64,000 nt of DNA from Lachnospiraceae bacterium (GCA_021199655.1 JAJQHQ010000019.1:12511-76510), one strand, 5' to 3'. Positions 1-8,373 are shown, counted from the first letter of the stretch. Notes: generated by a model from the letters alone, not told the origin. Made by a program: numbers and translations.

Positions 1-126
1 GCGGAAGACCTTCCGGTAACGGTAATCCTTCACAGCATGAGCAGCTATCTGTTTGACGATACAAATTATGAAGGGCTTGTATATTCCTGCGGCAACTTCG
101 TGTTTACGTATGTGACAGCACTGTAA
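1..126 (+). CDS. 3' end of an unidentified upstream gene (partial at window edge)
   Basis: Frame 1 is open from base 1 (AEDLPVTVILHS...FVFTYVTAL) and ends at TAA 124-126. No family recognised. Confidence 0.3.
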   Translation, partial: AEDLPVTVILHSMSSYLFDDTNYEGLVYSCGNFVFTYVTAL

Positions 127-141
127 GTAAATGGAATGATA

Positions 142-168
142 GTAACTGTGAAGGTACTGAACAGTTAC
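142..168 (+). repeat. GTAAC-hairpin (REP-like) repeat, archetype copy GTAACTGT-GAAGGTACTGA-ACAGTTAC
   Basis: 8-bp perfect inverted termini around an 11-nt loop. The exact reverse complement recurs at 3565-3591, and near copies occur at more than 8 other sites. Confidence 0.85.
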
Positions 169-189
169 GAATGCTAAGGGAACAGGCAC

Positions 190-403
190 GGCAGCTTCGG
201 ACGCCGTAAGCTGCCCTTACCCGATAAGCCCCCGCGCCGTGAGATGGTACGGGGGCTTATCCTTGTGATGGGATGCGTCAACCGGGACCAGACATCCAGC
301 CTCGGCATCCACCGCAGACACGTTGATTTTTGCGGTTTTCCTGCGCCGCTTATTATCCCTTGCTTCGCTGGAACTCGCTTCGCTCAGACAATGGCGAAGC
401 AAG
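190..403. repeat. Mosaic of GC-rich hairpin modules in an ORF-free spacer
   Basis: Perfect stems GGCAGCTT/AAGCTGCC (190-215), GATAAGCCCCCG/CGGGGGCTTATC (223-261) and CTTGCTTCGC/GCGAAGCAAG (359-403). CCGATAAGCCCC recurs at 14742-14753. Confidence 0.5.
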
Positions 404-517
404 GGAAGCTATGCTCGAAAACCTTGCAAAAATCTGCCTACCGTCTGCTTGCGGATGCCTGAGGCTATATTCTGTCTGACGCAGGTATGACTTGTATAGA
501 TTTCGAGGGAGACAAGG

Positions 518-1708
518 ATGAAGATTGAGAAAATTGAGTTAGGGTATGTCCACATTCCTCTGATCACGCCGTTTCGCACGGCGCTGCGGACAGTGGACGG
601 GATCAACGATCTGATCGTCAGGATCACGGCGGAGGACGGCAGCTTCGGCTTCGGGGAGGCGCCGCCTACGGCGGTGATCACCGGTGATACGAAGGAGTCT
701 ATTGAGGCGGCGATCCGCGGGTATATTGCGCCGTCGATCATCGGGATGGACCTTTTGGATCTGGATGAGGTCATGCGGAAAATGGAGAAATCTATTGCGA
801 AAAACACGTCGGCGAAAGCAGCGGTGGACATTGCTTTGTATGATCTCTACGCGAAACAGATGGGGATGCCGCTCTACCGGGTATTGTCCGGCGCGCAGGG
901 CAGCAGAATCAGAATGTCGGAACCGGACAAACCGGGCGGTGCGGCTGCCAGAATGGAATCAGGCGAACCGATCAGCGCGGCAGCTAAGGCAGAAGCTGAC
1001 GGCGCTCCAGAGCTGGAGACGGATATTACGATCAGCGTGGATGAGACGGAGAAAATGGTGCGTGACAGCCTGCGCGCGATTGCGGACGGCTTCCGTATTC
1101 TGAAGGTGAAGGTCGGCAAAGGCGGGAAAAAGGATGTCGAGCGGGTACGGGAGATACGGCGGGCGGTCGGACCGGAAATTGTACTCCGCATTGACGCGAA
1201 CCAGGGCTGGTCGGCCAAGGAAGCCATTTCCACGATTCGGGCCATGGAAGAGGAAGGATTGAAGATCGAGCTGGTAGAACAGCCGGTTTCCTGTCATGAT
1301 TTCCGCGGACTTCAGCGGGTGACGAAGGCGGTGGATACGCCGATCCTGGCGGATGAGAGTGTGTTTTCTTATGAGGATGCGGAGCGCATTATCGAGGAAC
1401 ACGCGGCGGATTATATCAATATCAAGCTGATGAAGACCGGCGGCATTCACCAGGCAATGCGCATCTGTGATCTGGCGGATCGATATCAGGTGAACTGCAT
1501 GATCGGATGTATGCTGGAGAGTAAGGTTTCCGTGAGTGCCGGTGCGCATCTGGCTGCCGCGAGAAGCTGTATTACTATGGCTGATCTGGACGGTCCGTCT
1601 CTGTGTGCCGGGGATCCGTATGAGGGCGGTCCGGTCTACAGCGGTCCGAAGATTTATCTGAATGAGGATGCCGGAATCGGAATCCGAACAGTGCCGGTGA
1701 ATCTGTGA
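518..1708 (+). CDS. L-Ala-D/L-Glu (dipeptide) epimerase, enolase superfamily MLE subgroup
   Basis: Motifs ILKVKVG (K-x-K), RIDANQGW, ELVEQP, LADES, NIKLMKTGG. RBS GAGGGAGA lies upstream of the ATG. Context is other murein-peptide enzymes. Confidence 0.85.
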   Translation: MKIEKIELGYVHIPLITPFRTALRTVDGINDLIVRITAEDGSFGFGEAPPTAVITGDTKESIEAAIRGYIAPSIIGMDLLDLDEVMRKMEKSIAKNTSAKAAVDIALYDLYAKQMGMPLYRVLSGAQGSRIRMSEPDKPGGAAARMESGEPISAAAKAEADGAPELETDITISVDETEKMVRDSLRAIADGFRILKVKVGKGGKKDVERVREIRRAVGPEIVLRIDANQGWSAKEAISTIRAMEEEGLKIELVEQPVSCHDFRGLQRVTKAVDTPILADESVFSYEDAERIIEEHAADYINIKLMKTGGIHQAMRICDLADRYQVNCMIGCMLESKVSVSAGAHLAAARSCITMADLDGPSLCAGDPYEGGPVYSGPKIYLNEDAGIGIRTVPVNL

Positions 1709-1747
1709 TTCAATGAAAACAGCGCATGATAATTGCAGAAAAGAGAT

Positions 1748-3568
1748 ATGCTTATGCAAATCAGATATGGGATTGTGACAGCACAGAACTGTTTTTTACG
1801 CGGAAATAACAACGGGATAGAAGATGAGATTTTTTCCGGCTGGGCGGTTCGGGTTTTCCCGGAGACGGAGGAGAATGGCCGGGTAAAAATTGAGACCCAT
1901 TATGGATACGAAGGATATGTGTACAAAGACCAGCTTGCCCTGATCAGCCGGGAAACGCTTGCTGACAGGCAGGATCACACCCGCTTTTTCCGTATAGGAG
2001 TCCCTGCTGCGGATGTGCTGGATCAGCCGAAGGTGCAGGGACTGCTTCTGGAGCGTCTGCTGAAAAATTCAATCGTGGAGCGGGTGACCGAAGCCTCTGA
2101 CATGGACGGCTGGTGTCTCGTGCGCACTGCCGCCGGGGGTGTCGGCTATATGCATGAGAATTATCTGCGTATGCGTCAGGATGACGACGGATATTTGCTG
2201 GAGACGGAAAATCAGACAGAACCGGAATTGCTGCAGAAGAAGACGCGGACAGAGCCGGAAACCATGTCAGCCGGAAACAATTTACCGGAGAGCCAGATGG
2301 AAAATGGCAGGATCGGATACTTTGAAAAACGATTTCAGGAGAATCCTCCGGAAGAGGAAAGTTTTCGTGACGGCGTTGTGCGAAGCGCCCGCTCTTATCT
2401 GGGGGTACAGTACCGCTGGGGAGGAAAATCTTCTCTGGGGCTGGATTGCTCCGGCCTGGCATTTATGAGTTATCTGGAAAACGGCGTTCTGATTTATCGC
2501 GATGCGAAGATAAAGCCCGGATATCCGATTTTTGAAATACCGCGGGAAAAGCTGAAACCGGGGGATCTGATTTTCTTCCCGGGACATGTGGCAATCTATC
2601 TGGGAGAAGGGCGCTACATTCATTCTACCGGATACAAAAAGACTCCGTATGTTACCATCAACAGTCTGAACCCTGCGGATGAGGATTATCGGGCGGATCT
2701 GGCAGCTTCAATCACAGCCTGCGGGAGCATATTTTCAGCGTTAGAGCCTTCGCTTTGCCCGGAGGCAGAAAGGTTTGTTCATGAACCCGATGAAAAATTC
2801 GAAGCCCTGCGCAGGCGTCTGGATGCGATGCCCGGCAATCTCAGTGCGGTATATAAAGATCTGACGACCGGAGAGGTGTTTTTGTATCGGGAAGAAGAAC
2901 CGCATATTGCCGCGAGCGTGATCAAGCTGTTTTTGATGGCGGCTGTTTTTCAGGGATTTGCGGAGGGTGCTTTTTCTCCGGAGGAGCGGATTCTGATCCG
3001 GCGTGAGGACTGTGTGCCGTCCTGCGGGGTGCTGACATACCTGCAGGGAGAGTGTACGGTCAGCGTCCGTGATCTGACGGAGCTGATGATTATTGTCAGT
3101 GACAACACTGCTGCAAATGTCCTGTTTGATCTGGTCGGGGAGGAACGTCTTGCGGAGTTTTTGTCTGATAAGCTCGGCCTGAAAAAGACGGTGTTCCGCA
3201 GAAAAATGTTTGATGCCGGACGGGCCGCACAGGGAATCGAGAATTATGTGACAGCGGCGGACGCGGCCTGGCTGCTGGAGCGGATCTATAAAGGGGAACT
3301 GGTTTCCCGGGAGGCATCAAAAGAAATGTATCAGATCCTGACGCACCAGCGGCTGAACGGTAAAATTCCGTTTTATCTGCATACCTTCGCCAATGCACCG
3401 GTGATCGCGCATAAGACCGGTGAGGACAGCGGCGTCACGCATGACGTGGCCATAGTGGAAGGCGAGAGGCCGTTTGTGCTTTGCTTTCTTGGGAACGAAA
3501 CAAATGTGGCGGACTATGAACGGCTGATGGCGGAGACGGCACGGGATCTATATCTGAAAAGCTGGTAA
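1748..3568 (+). CDS. SH3b-like + NlpC/P60 gamma-D-Glu-diamino-acid endopeptidase fused to a class-A beta-lactamase-like serine hydrolase domain
   Basis: NlpC/P60 core GLDCSGL...PGDLIFFPGHVAIYLG...IHS. The C-terminal half has S-x-x-K (ASVIK), SDN (VSDNTA) and KTG (HKTGED). Start is uncertain (TTG 1733, ATG 1748 or 1754). Confidence 0.8.
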   Translation: MLMQIRYGIVTAQNCFLRGNNNGIEDEIFSGWAVRVFPETEENGRVKIETHYGYEGYVYKDQLALISRETLADRQDHTRFFRIGVPAADVLDQPKVQGLLLERLLKNSIVERVTEASDMDGWCLVRTAAGGVGYMHENYLRMRQDDDGYLLETENQTEPELLQKKTRTEPETMSAGNNLPESQMENGRIGYFEKRFQENPPEEESFRDGVVRSARSYLGVQYRWGGKSSLGLDCSGLAFMSYLENGVLIYRDAKIKPGYPIFEIPREKLKPGDLIFFPGHVAIYLGEGRYIHSTGYKKTPYVTINSLNPADEDYRADLAASITACGSIFSALEPSLCPEAERFVHEPDEKFEALRRRLDAMPGNLSAVYKDLTTGEVFLYREEEPHIAASVIKLFLMAAVFQGFAEGAFSPEERILIRREDCVPSCGVLTYLQGECTVSVRDLTELMIIVSDNTAANVLFDLVGEERLAEFLSDKLGLKKTVFRRKMFDAGRAAQGIENYVTAADAAWLLERIYKGELVSREASKEMYQILTHQRLNGKIPFYLHTFANAPVIAHKTGEDSGVTHDVAIVEGERPFVLCFLGNETNVADYERLMAETARDLYLKSW

Positions 3569-3591
3569 CTGTTCAGTACCTTCACAGTTAC
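3565..3591 (-). repeat. GTAAC-hairpin repeat, exact inverted copy
   Basis: GTAACTGTTCAGTACCTTCACAGTTAC is the exact reverse complement of 142-168. Its TAA (3566-3568) is the stop codon of the upstream ORF. Confidence 0.9.
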
Positions 3592-3711
3592 AAAAGCTGC
3601 ACATAAGATCGTCAGGGATTTGATGTGATATCCGGGAACTCTGATACATAACGATCCGGAACAGCAGGCCGCAGGCCTGCGCATCATAAAAGATACGGAG
3701 AATCATTCGAT

Positions 3712-5130
3712 ATGAAAGAATTTTCTCATGAGGAACTGAATGCGCTGGCATACGAATTGCCGGACGAGGTAGAGAAATACAAACAGCAGGGAGACTTTGA
3801 CGCGGCGGAAGAAGCAATTGAGCGCTGGCTGCAGCGTCCGGTGGCGGAGGCGCTGAAAGTGCGGCTGCGGCTGGAAAAGAAAATCTTAAAAGGGCTTCGT
3901 GAAGATTTTCCTTATACGAAGGAGCAGGCGATTGCGCTTGTCAGGGAGCAGGCTCCCGGTTTTGATGAAGCAGATCTGGCGCGGCTGGACGAGGCGGGAC
4001 TCGCGGAATGGATTTTTCTGGACGGAGAGAAGCATTACATTCATAATCTCCTGCGGAATATCACGCGGATGGATCCGGAGATCAGGAGCAGAATGCATAA
4101 GGAGGATCCGGATGAGGAGGAAAGAGAACTGCTCAGAGAGGAGATTCATCGGATAAAAAAAGAAAAGCACATAAGCGGTCGCTTCCGGCTGCGGGCCTCC
4201 ATATCTCTCAGGGAGGATTTGTTTTATCCGGGAATCAGGCTGAAAGCGCATCTCCCGCTTCCAGCCGAACTGCACCAGACTTCGGACGTGAAGCTTCTGG
4301 CGCATTCCGACTGCAGGGTATCCATAGACCGGCCGGATTCCCTGTACCGGGCGATCTGTTTTGAAGATACACTCCAACAGAACCGGGATTTTTTTGCGGA
4401 GTATGAATATACAGTGACTGCGGATTACCATGGTTTTTCCCGGGAAGATTATGAAGATGCGGTGAAAAGAAAAACGCTATGGCAGGCAGGCCTTTGGGAG
4501 TCCGGACAGTACAACACTCCGGAAGAATTGGCGCCTTATCTTAAAGAACAGTACCCGCACATCCGGTTTTCTCCTTATTTGCGCGCATTGGCGGCGGAGA
4601 TTACGGCGAATGCCGGCAATGCACTTTCAAAAGCTTATGCCGTTTATGAGTACATAACGACGCAGGTGAAATATTCCTATATGAGAGAATACTTCCTGAT
4701 GCCGGACATTCCGCAGTATTGTGCGAGAAACCTGCGCGGAGACTGCGGAGTACAGGCGCTGCTGTTCATCACCCTCTGCAGGATCTGTGGCATACCGGCC
4801 AAATGGCAGTCCGGTCTGTATTTTGGCGGCAGAGAAAATGTCGGCGCGCATGACTGGGCATTGTTTTACGCGGAGCCATACGGATGGCTGTACGCGGATC
4901 CTTCCCTGGGAGGAAACGCTTTCCGCGCCGGAGAGGAGGAACTTCATCGTTTTTACTTTGGTAATCTGGATCCGTTCCGCATGGCGGCAAACAATGCGTT
5001 CGCGCAGCCGCTTGCGAATCCGAAACGTTTTCTTCCCGCGGATCCGTATGACAACCAGACCGGAGAACTGGAGTCGGATGTGCGCGGATACGGCAGCCGG
5101 GAGACGGTGAGGGAAGTGAAGAGAATATGA
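3712..5130 (+). CDS. Transglutaminase-like cysteine protease family protein
   Basis: Cys-His-Asp core: RGDCGVQALLFITLCRICGIPAKW, GAHDWALFY, LYADPS. Confidence 0.75.
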   Translation: MKEFSHEELNALAYELPDEVEKYKQQGDFDAAEEAIERWLQRPVAEALKVRLRLEKKILKGLREDFPYTKEQAIALVREQAPGFDEADLARLDEAGLAEWIFLDGEKHYIHNLLRNITRMDPEIRSRMHKEDPDEEERELLREEIHRIKKEKHISGRFRLRASISLREDLFYPGIRLKAHLPLPAELHQTSDVKLLAHSDCRVSIDRPDSLYRAICFEDTLQQNRDFFAEYEYTVTADYHGFSREDYEDAVKRKTLWQAGLWESGQYNTPEELAPYLKEQYPHIRFSPYLRALAAEITANAGNALSKAYAVYEYITTQVKYSYMREYFLMPDIPQYCARNLRGDCGVQALLFITLCRICGIPAKWQSGLYFGGRENVGAHDWALFYAEPYGWLYADPSLGGNAFRAGEEELHRFYFGNLDPFRMAANNAFAQPLANPKRFLPADPYDNQTGELESDVRGYGSRETVREVKRI

Positions 5131-5142
5131 GGTCATTTGATC

Positions 5143-6096
5143 ATGCAGGAAACAGCACTTAGAATGCCGGAAAGAATCCGGCCGGGAGACACGATCGGCG
5201 TGGTTGCGCCTGGATCTCCGATCAGTCCGGAAGAAGGGAAAGCCTTGACGGCTTATCTGGAAAAAGCGGGATACCGGGTACGGCCTGGGAAAACCATAGA
5301 AGACCGGATGAATTTTCACGGTTATCTCGCCGGAGACGCACATTCCAGAGCTGAAGATATCAATGCCATGTTTGCGGATCCGGCCGTGAAAGGGATTCTC
5401 TGTGCCAGAGGCGGATATGGAAGTAGCCACACTATGCAATTTTTGGATTTGGAGATGATTCGCCGCAATCCGAAAGTATTCATTGGCTACAGCGACAACA
5501 CGAACTACCATTCTGTGTTGAATAAATACTGCGATCTGATCACGTTTCACGGGCCGATGGCGGTCAGCAATATGCTTAAGGGCTTTGATGCGTACAGCCG
5601 CGGCAGCCTCCGGCAGGCACTCGGCATGAGTATGACGGATTTTTATGAATTTAAAAATCCGCCGGAAGATCCTATGAATACGTTGCATCCGGGAAAGGCA
5701 AAAGGACTTGTCACCGGAGGGAACATCAGCCTTCTGGCGCATTCCGTGGGGACGTTTTACCAGCCGGATACGGAAGGAAAAATTCTGTTTATAGAGGACG
5801 AGGAGGAAAGCATTCCGCGGCTGGACATGATGATCACGCAGATGGAACAGGCGGGAATGACAAAAGGCATCCGTGCCCTGTTGATCGGAAATTTTAAAGA
5901 CTGCTCCAATGATCATTACGACAGGAATTATCGGATCGAAGATTTCCTGCGTGACCGCTTTGCGGACTACAAAGTCCCTGTGGTCACGAATCTGTGCAGC
6001 GGACATAAACGCCCCATGGGAACCATACCGATGGGCGCTGTCTGCAGCGTCGACGCATCGGAGGAGGATGTCAAAGTTCTGTTTGGGTTGGGGTAA
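5143..6096 (+). CDS. ldcA: LD-carboxypeptidase (muramoyltetrapeptide carboxypeptidase, peptidase S66)
   Basis: GDTIGVVAPGSP, GYSDNT (nucleophile Ser) and C-terminal GHKRPMGTIPMG. GAGG lies 10 nt before ATG 5143; the track ORF starts at TTG 5137. Confidence 0.85.
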   Translation: MQETALRMPERIRPGDTIGVVAPGSPISPEEGKALTAYLEKAGYRVRPGKTIEDRMNFHGYLAGDAHSRAEDINAMFADPAVKGILCARGGYGSSHTMQFLDLEMIRRNPKVFIGYSDNTNYHSVLNKYCDLITFHGPMAVSNMLKGFDAYSRGSLRQALGMSMTDFYEFKNPPEDPMNTLHPGKAKGLVTGGNISLLAHSVGTFYQPDTEGKILFIEDEEESIPRLDMMITQMEQAGMTKGIRALLIGNFKDCSNDHYDRNYRIEDFLRDRFADYKVPVVTNLCSGHKRPMGTIPMGAVCSVDASEEDVKVLFGLG

Positions 6097-6162
6097 GAAC
6101 GAGCGAGACCAGCCTCACCGCCGCAGATGTCCGCAAGCAGCCGTCTAAATCCGACAAAACGG

Positions 6163-6191
6163 TTGACAAAAAAAATCCATACTGCTATCAT
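6163..6191 (+). promoter_or_regulatory. Candidate sigma-A promoter of glnA (TTGACA-17 nt-TATCAT)
   Basis: TTGACA at 6163-6168, a 17-nt A-rich spacer, and TATCAT at 6186-6191, about 160 nt upstream of the glnA ATG. Confidence 0.5.
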
Positions 6192-6261
6192 CCGTTCAGA
6201 TGAGCGAATGATATACCCTGTAAAAAGAATGTTGAATGTGCTTTCTCACTCGCCGGGTTTT

Positions 6262-6311
6262 GCCCACAATCTCTGATTGCGGGCGTGGCCATCCCGCACA
6301 AAGTGCGGGAT
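6262..6311 (+). promoter_or_regulatory. glnA leader with mutually exclusive hairpins
   Basis: GCCCACAAT/ATTGCGGGC (6262-6284) and ATCCCGCAC/GTGCGGGAT (6291-6311). The alternative pairing GCGGG (6280-6284)/CCCGC (6293-6297) overlaps both. Confidence 0.35.
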
Positions 6312-6349
6312 AAGGTCCTCGCCGGGTGGCAGCAATAAGGAGGAACGAT

Positions 6350-7681
6350 ATGAGCAGGTATACGAGAGCGGATATATACAAAATTATTGAGGAAGAGGAC
6401 GTGCAGTTTATCCGGCTGCAGTTCACGGATATGTTCGGCAATCTGAAAAATCTTGCCGTGACGGTCAACCAGCTGGATCGTGTGCTGGACAATAAGGTCA
6501 CGTTTGACGGCGCATCCATCGAGGGCTTTGCCCGGATCGAGCGCTCCGATCTGTGTCTGCATCCGGATCTGGATACCTTCCTGATTTTCCCATGGCGGCC
6601 GCAGAATGGAAAGGTGGCCCGTTTCATTTGTGATATTTATTACGCGGACGGCAGCCCGTTCGGTGGGGATCCGCGGTATGTGCTGAAAAAGGTGATCGCG
6701 GAAGCGAAAGAGATGGGGTATTGTCTGGAGGCAGGGCCGGAGTGTGAATTTTTCCTCTTCCATACCGATGATGAAGGCCGGCCGACTACAGTGACGCATG
6801 AGCAGGCAGGATATTTTGATGTCGCGCCGATCGATCTTGGCGAGAATGCGCGGCGGGATATGATCCTGACGATGGAGGAGATGGGTTATATTGTAGAATC
6901 TTCTCATCATGAGGCAGCCCCGGCACAGCATGAGATTGATCTGCGCTACGATGAGGCGCTGCAGAGCGCGGACGGCATCATGACATTCCGGCTCGCGGCA
7001 AAGACGGTTGCCAAGCGTCATGGACTGCATGCGTCCTTTATGCCCAAGCCGGTCGCGGGGGTGAACGGTTCCGGCATGCATCTCAATCTTTCACTGACAA
7101 AGGATGGAAAAAATGCGTTTTATGATGCTGCCGATCCCATTCATTTAAGTAAGGAAGGGCGCTGGTTCATCGGCGGCCTGCTGAAGCATATCCGTGCGGT
7201 GACGGCGGTGACGAACCCGATCGTTAATTCGTACAAACGGCTGGTGCCCGGCTTTGAGGCGCCGGTGCATGTCGCGTGGTCCGCAAAGAATCGGATTCCG
7301 CTGATCCGCATCCCGATCATGGGGAACGGTACCAAGCGCATCGAGCTTCGGAGCCCGGACAATGCGGCGAACCCGTATCTGGCACTGGCTGTCTGCATGG
7401 CTGCCGGACTGGACGGTATACGCAATCAGATCACGCCGCCGGAGAGCATGGATGAGAACCTGCACGCACTGGCGCCTGAAGACCTGAAAGCGAAAGGCGT
7501 AGAACGGCTTCCTGTTACCCTGCTTGAAGCAGTGGAGGCGCTGGAAGAGGATACATTTATCTGCGATGTGCTCGGAGAGCATGTATGCAGACGCTACATC
7601 AAGGCGAAAAAAGAGGAGTGGGAAGCCTATCAGGCGAGCGTGAGCAAATGGGAGCTTGACCGCTATCTTGCCAGAGTCTGA
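6350..7681 (+). CDS. glnA: Glutamine synthetase, type I
   Basis: Full-length GS-I similarity (FIRLQFTDMFGNLKN, GSGMHLNLS, NSYKRLVPGFEAP, RIELRSPD). AAGGAGG lies 7 nt before ATG 6350; the track ORF starts at GTG 6326. Confidence 0.95.
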   Translation: MSRYTRADIYKIIEEEDVQFIRLQFTDMFGNLKNLAVTVNQLDRVLDNKVTFDGASIEGFARIERSDLCLHPDLDTFLIFPWRPQNGKVARFICDIYYADGSPFGGDPRYVLKKVIAEAKEMGYCLEAGPECEFFLFHTDDEGRPTTVTHEQAGYFDVAPIDLGENARRDMILTMEEMGYIVESSHHEAAPAQHEIDLRYDEALQSADGIMTFRLAAKTVAKRHGLHASFMPKPVAGVNGSGMHLNLSLTKDGKNAFYDAADPIHLSKEGRWFIGGLLKHIRAVTAVTNPIVNSYKRLVPGFEAPVHVAWSAKNRIPLIRIPIMGNGTKRIELRSPDNAANPYLALAVCMAAGLDGIRNQITPPESMDENLHALAPEDLKAKGVERLPVTLLEAVEALEEDTFICDVLGEHVCRRYIKAKKEEWEAYQASVSKWELDRYLARV

Positions 7682-7815
7682 CCAGCAGGCGGGCTCATGC
7701 AAAAGCTTTGTGAGAAATGGCATGGTGTCTGCTCTGTTTTCCTGCAAAAACCAGATCATTGTTTGTGTTTCTGATTTTTGGGAAAGACGGAACGTAAACT
7801 GGCAGGAGGATACGG

Positions 7816-8373
7816 ATGATCAATACCAATATAATAGTCGTGTTTCCGAAACCGGAAGACGCGAAAAACGTTCGGAATCTCCTGATCCGCAGCGGATATG
7901 GAGTCCGGGCGGTCTGTACGAGCGGCGCACAGGCACTTTCAGCTGCTGACCGGCTGGGCTCAGGCGTGATCGTATGCGGATACAAGTTTGCGGATATGGT
8001 GTATTCAGAACTTTTTGAGGATATGCCGAAGTCCTTTGAGATGCTGCTGGTCGCTTCTCCGCGTGTAGTAAACGAGGGAATTGCGGAGGGGGTTCTCTGT
8101 GTGACGATGCCCTTTCATGTGAATGACCTGCTGGATTCCCTGGAGATGGTGATCAGCCAGCAGCAGCGCCGCAGACGTCAGAAGCGCATGATGGCGCCGC
8201 AGCGGAGCGAGGAAGAAAAGAAGCTGATCGCGGAGGCGAAATCTCTTTTGATGGAGCGCAACGGCATGACAGAGGAGGAGGCGCACCATTATCTGCAGAA
8301 AACCAGCATGGACAGCGGGACGAACATGGTGGAGACCGCGCAGATGCTGTTTGCGCTGATGTGTGACGCCTGA
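7816..8373 (+). CDS. ANTAR-domain RNA-binding regulator with an atypical receiver-like N-terminal domain
   Basis: C-terminal LIAEAKSLLMERNGMTEEEAHHYLQKTSMDSGTNMVETAQMLF fits the ANTAR pattern. The N-terminus reads IIVVFPKPED and lacks the acidic DD pair. Confidence 0.8.
   Translation: MINTNIIVVFPKPEDAKNVRNLLIRSGYGVRAVCTSGAQALSAADRLGSGVIVCGYKFADMVYSELFEDMPKSFEMLLVASPRVVNEGIAEGVLCVTMPFHVNDLLDSLEMVISQQQRRRRQKRMMAPQRSEEEKKLIAEAKSLLMERNGMTEEEAHHYLQKTSMDSGTNMVETAQMLFALMCDA

Noticed and set aside
4627-6006. 459-aa minus-strand ORF
   Set aside because: It is antisense to two well-supported + strand genes (transglutaminase-like, ldcA). It has no RBS, an Arg/His/Phe-rich shadow composition typical of GC-rich antisense frames, and no recognisable motif.
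7682-7815. ANTAR dual-hexaloop target in the glnA-ANTAR spacer
   Set aside because: I could not draw two adjacent short hairpins with A/G-conserved hexaloops. It is left as a computational check rather than a claim.
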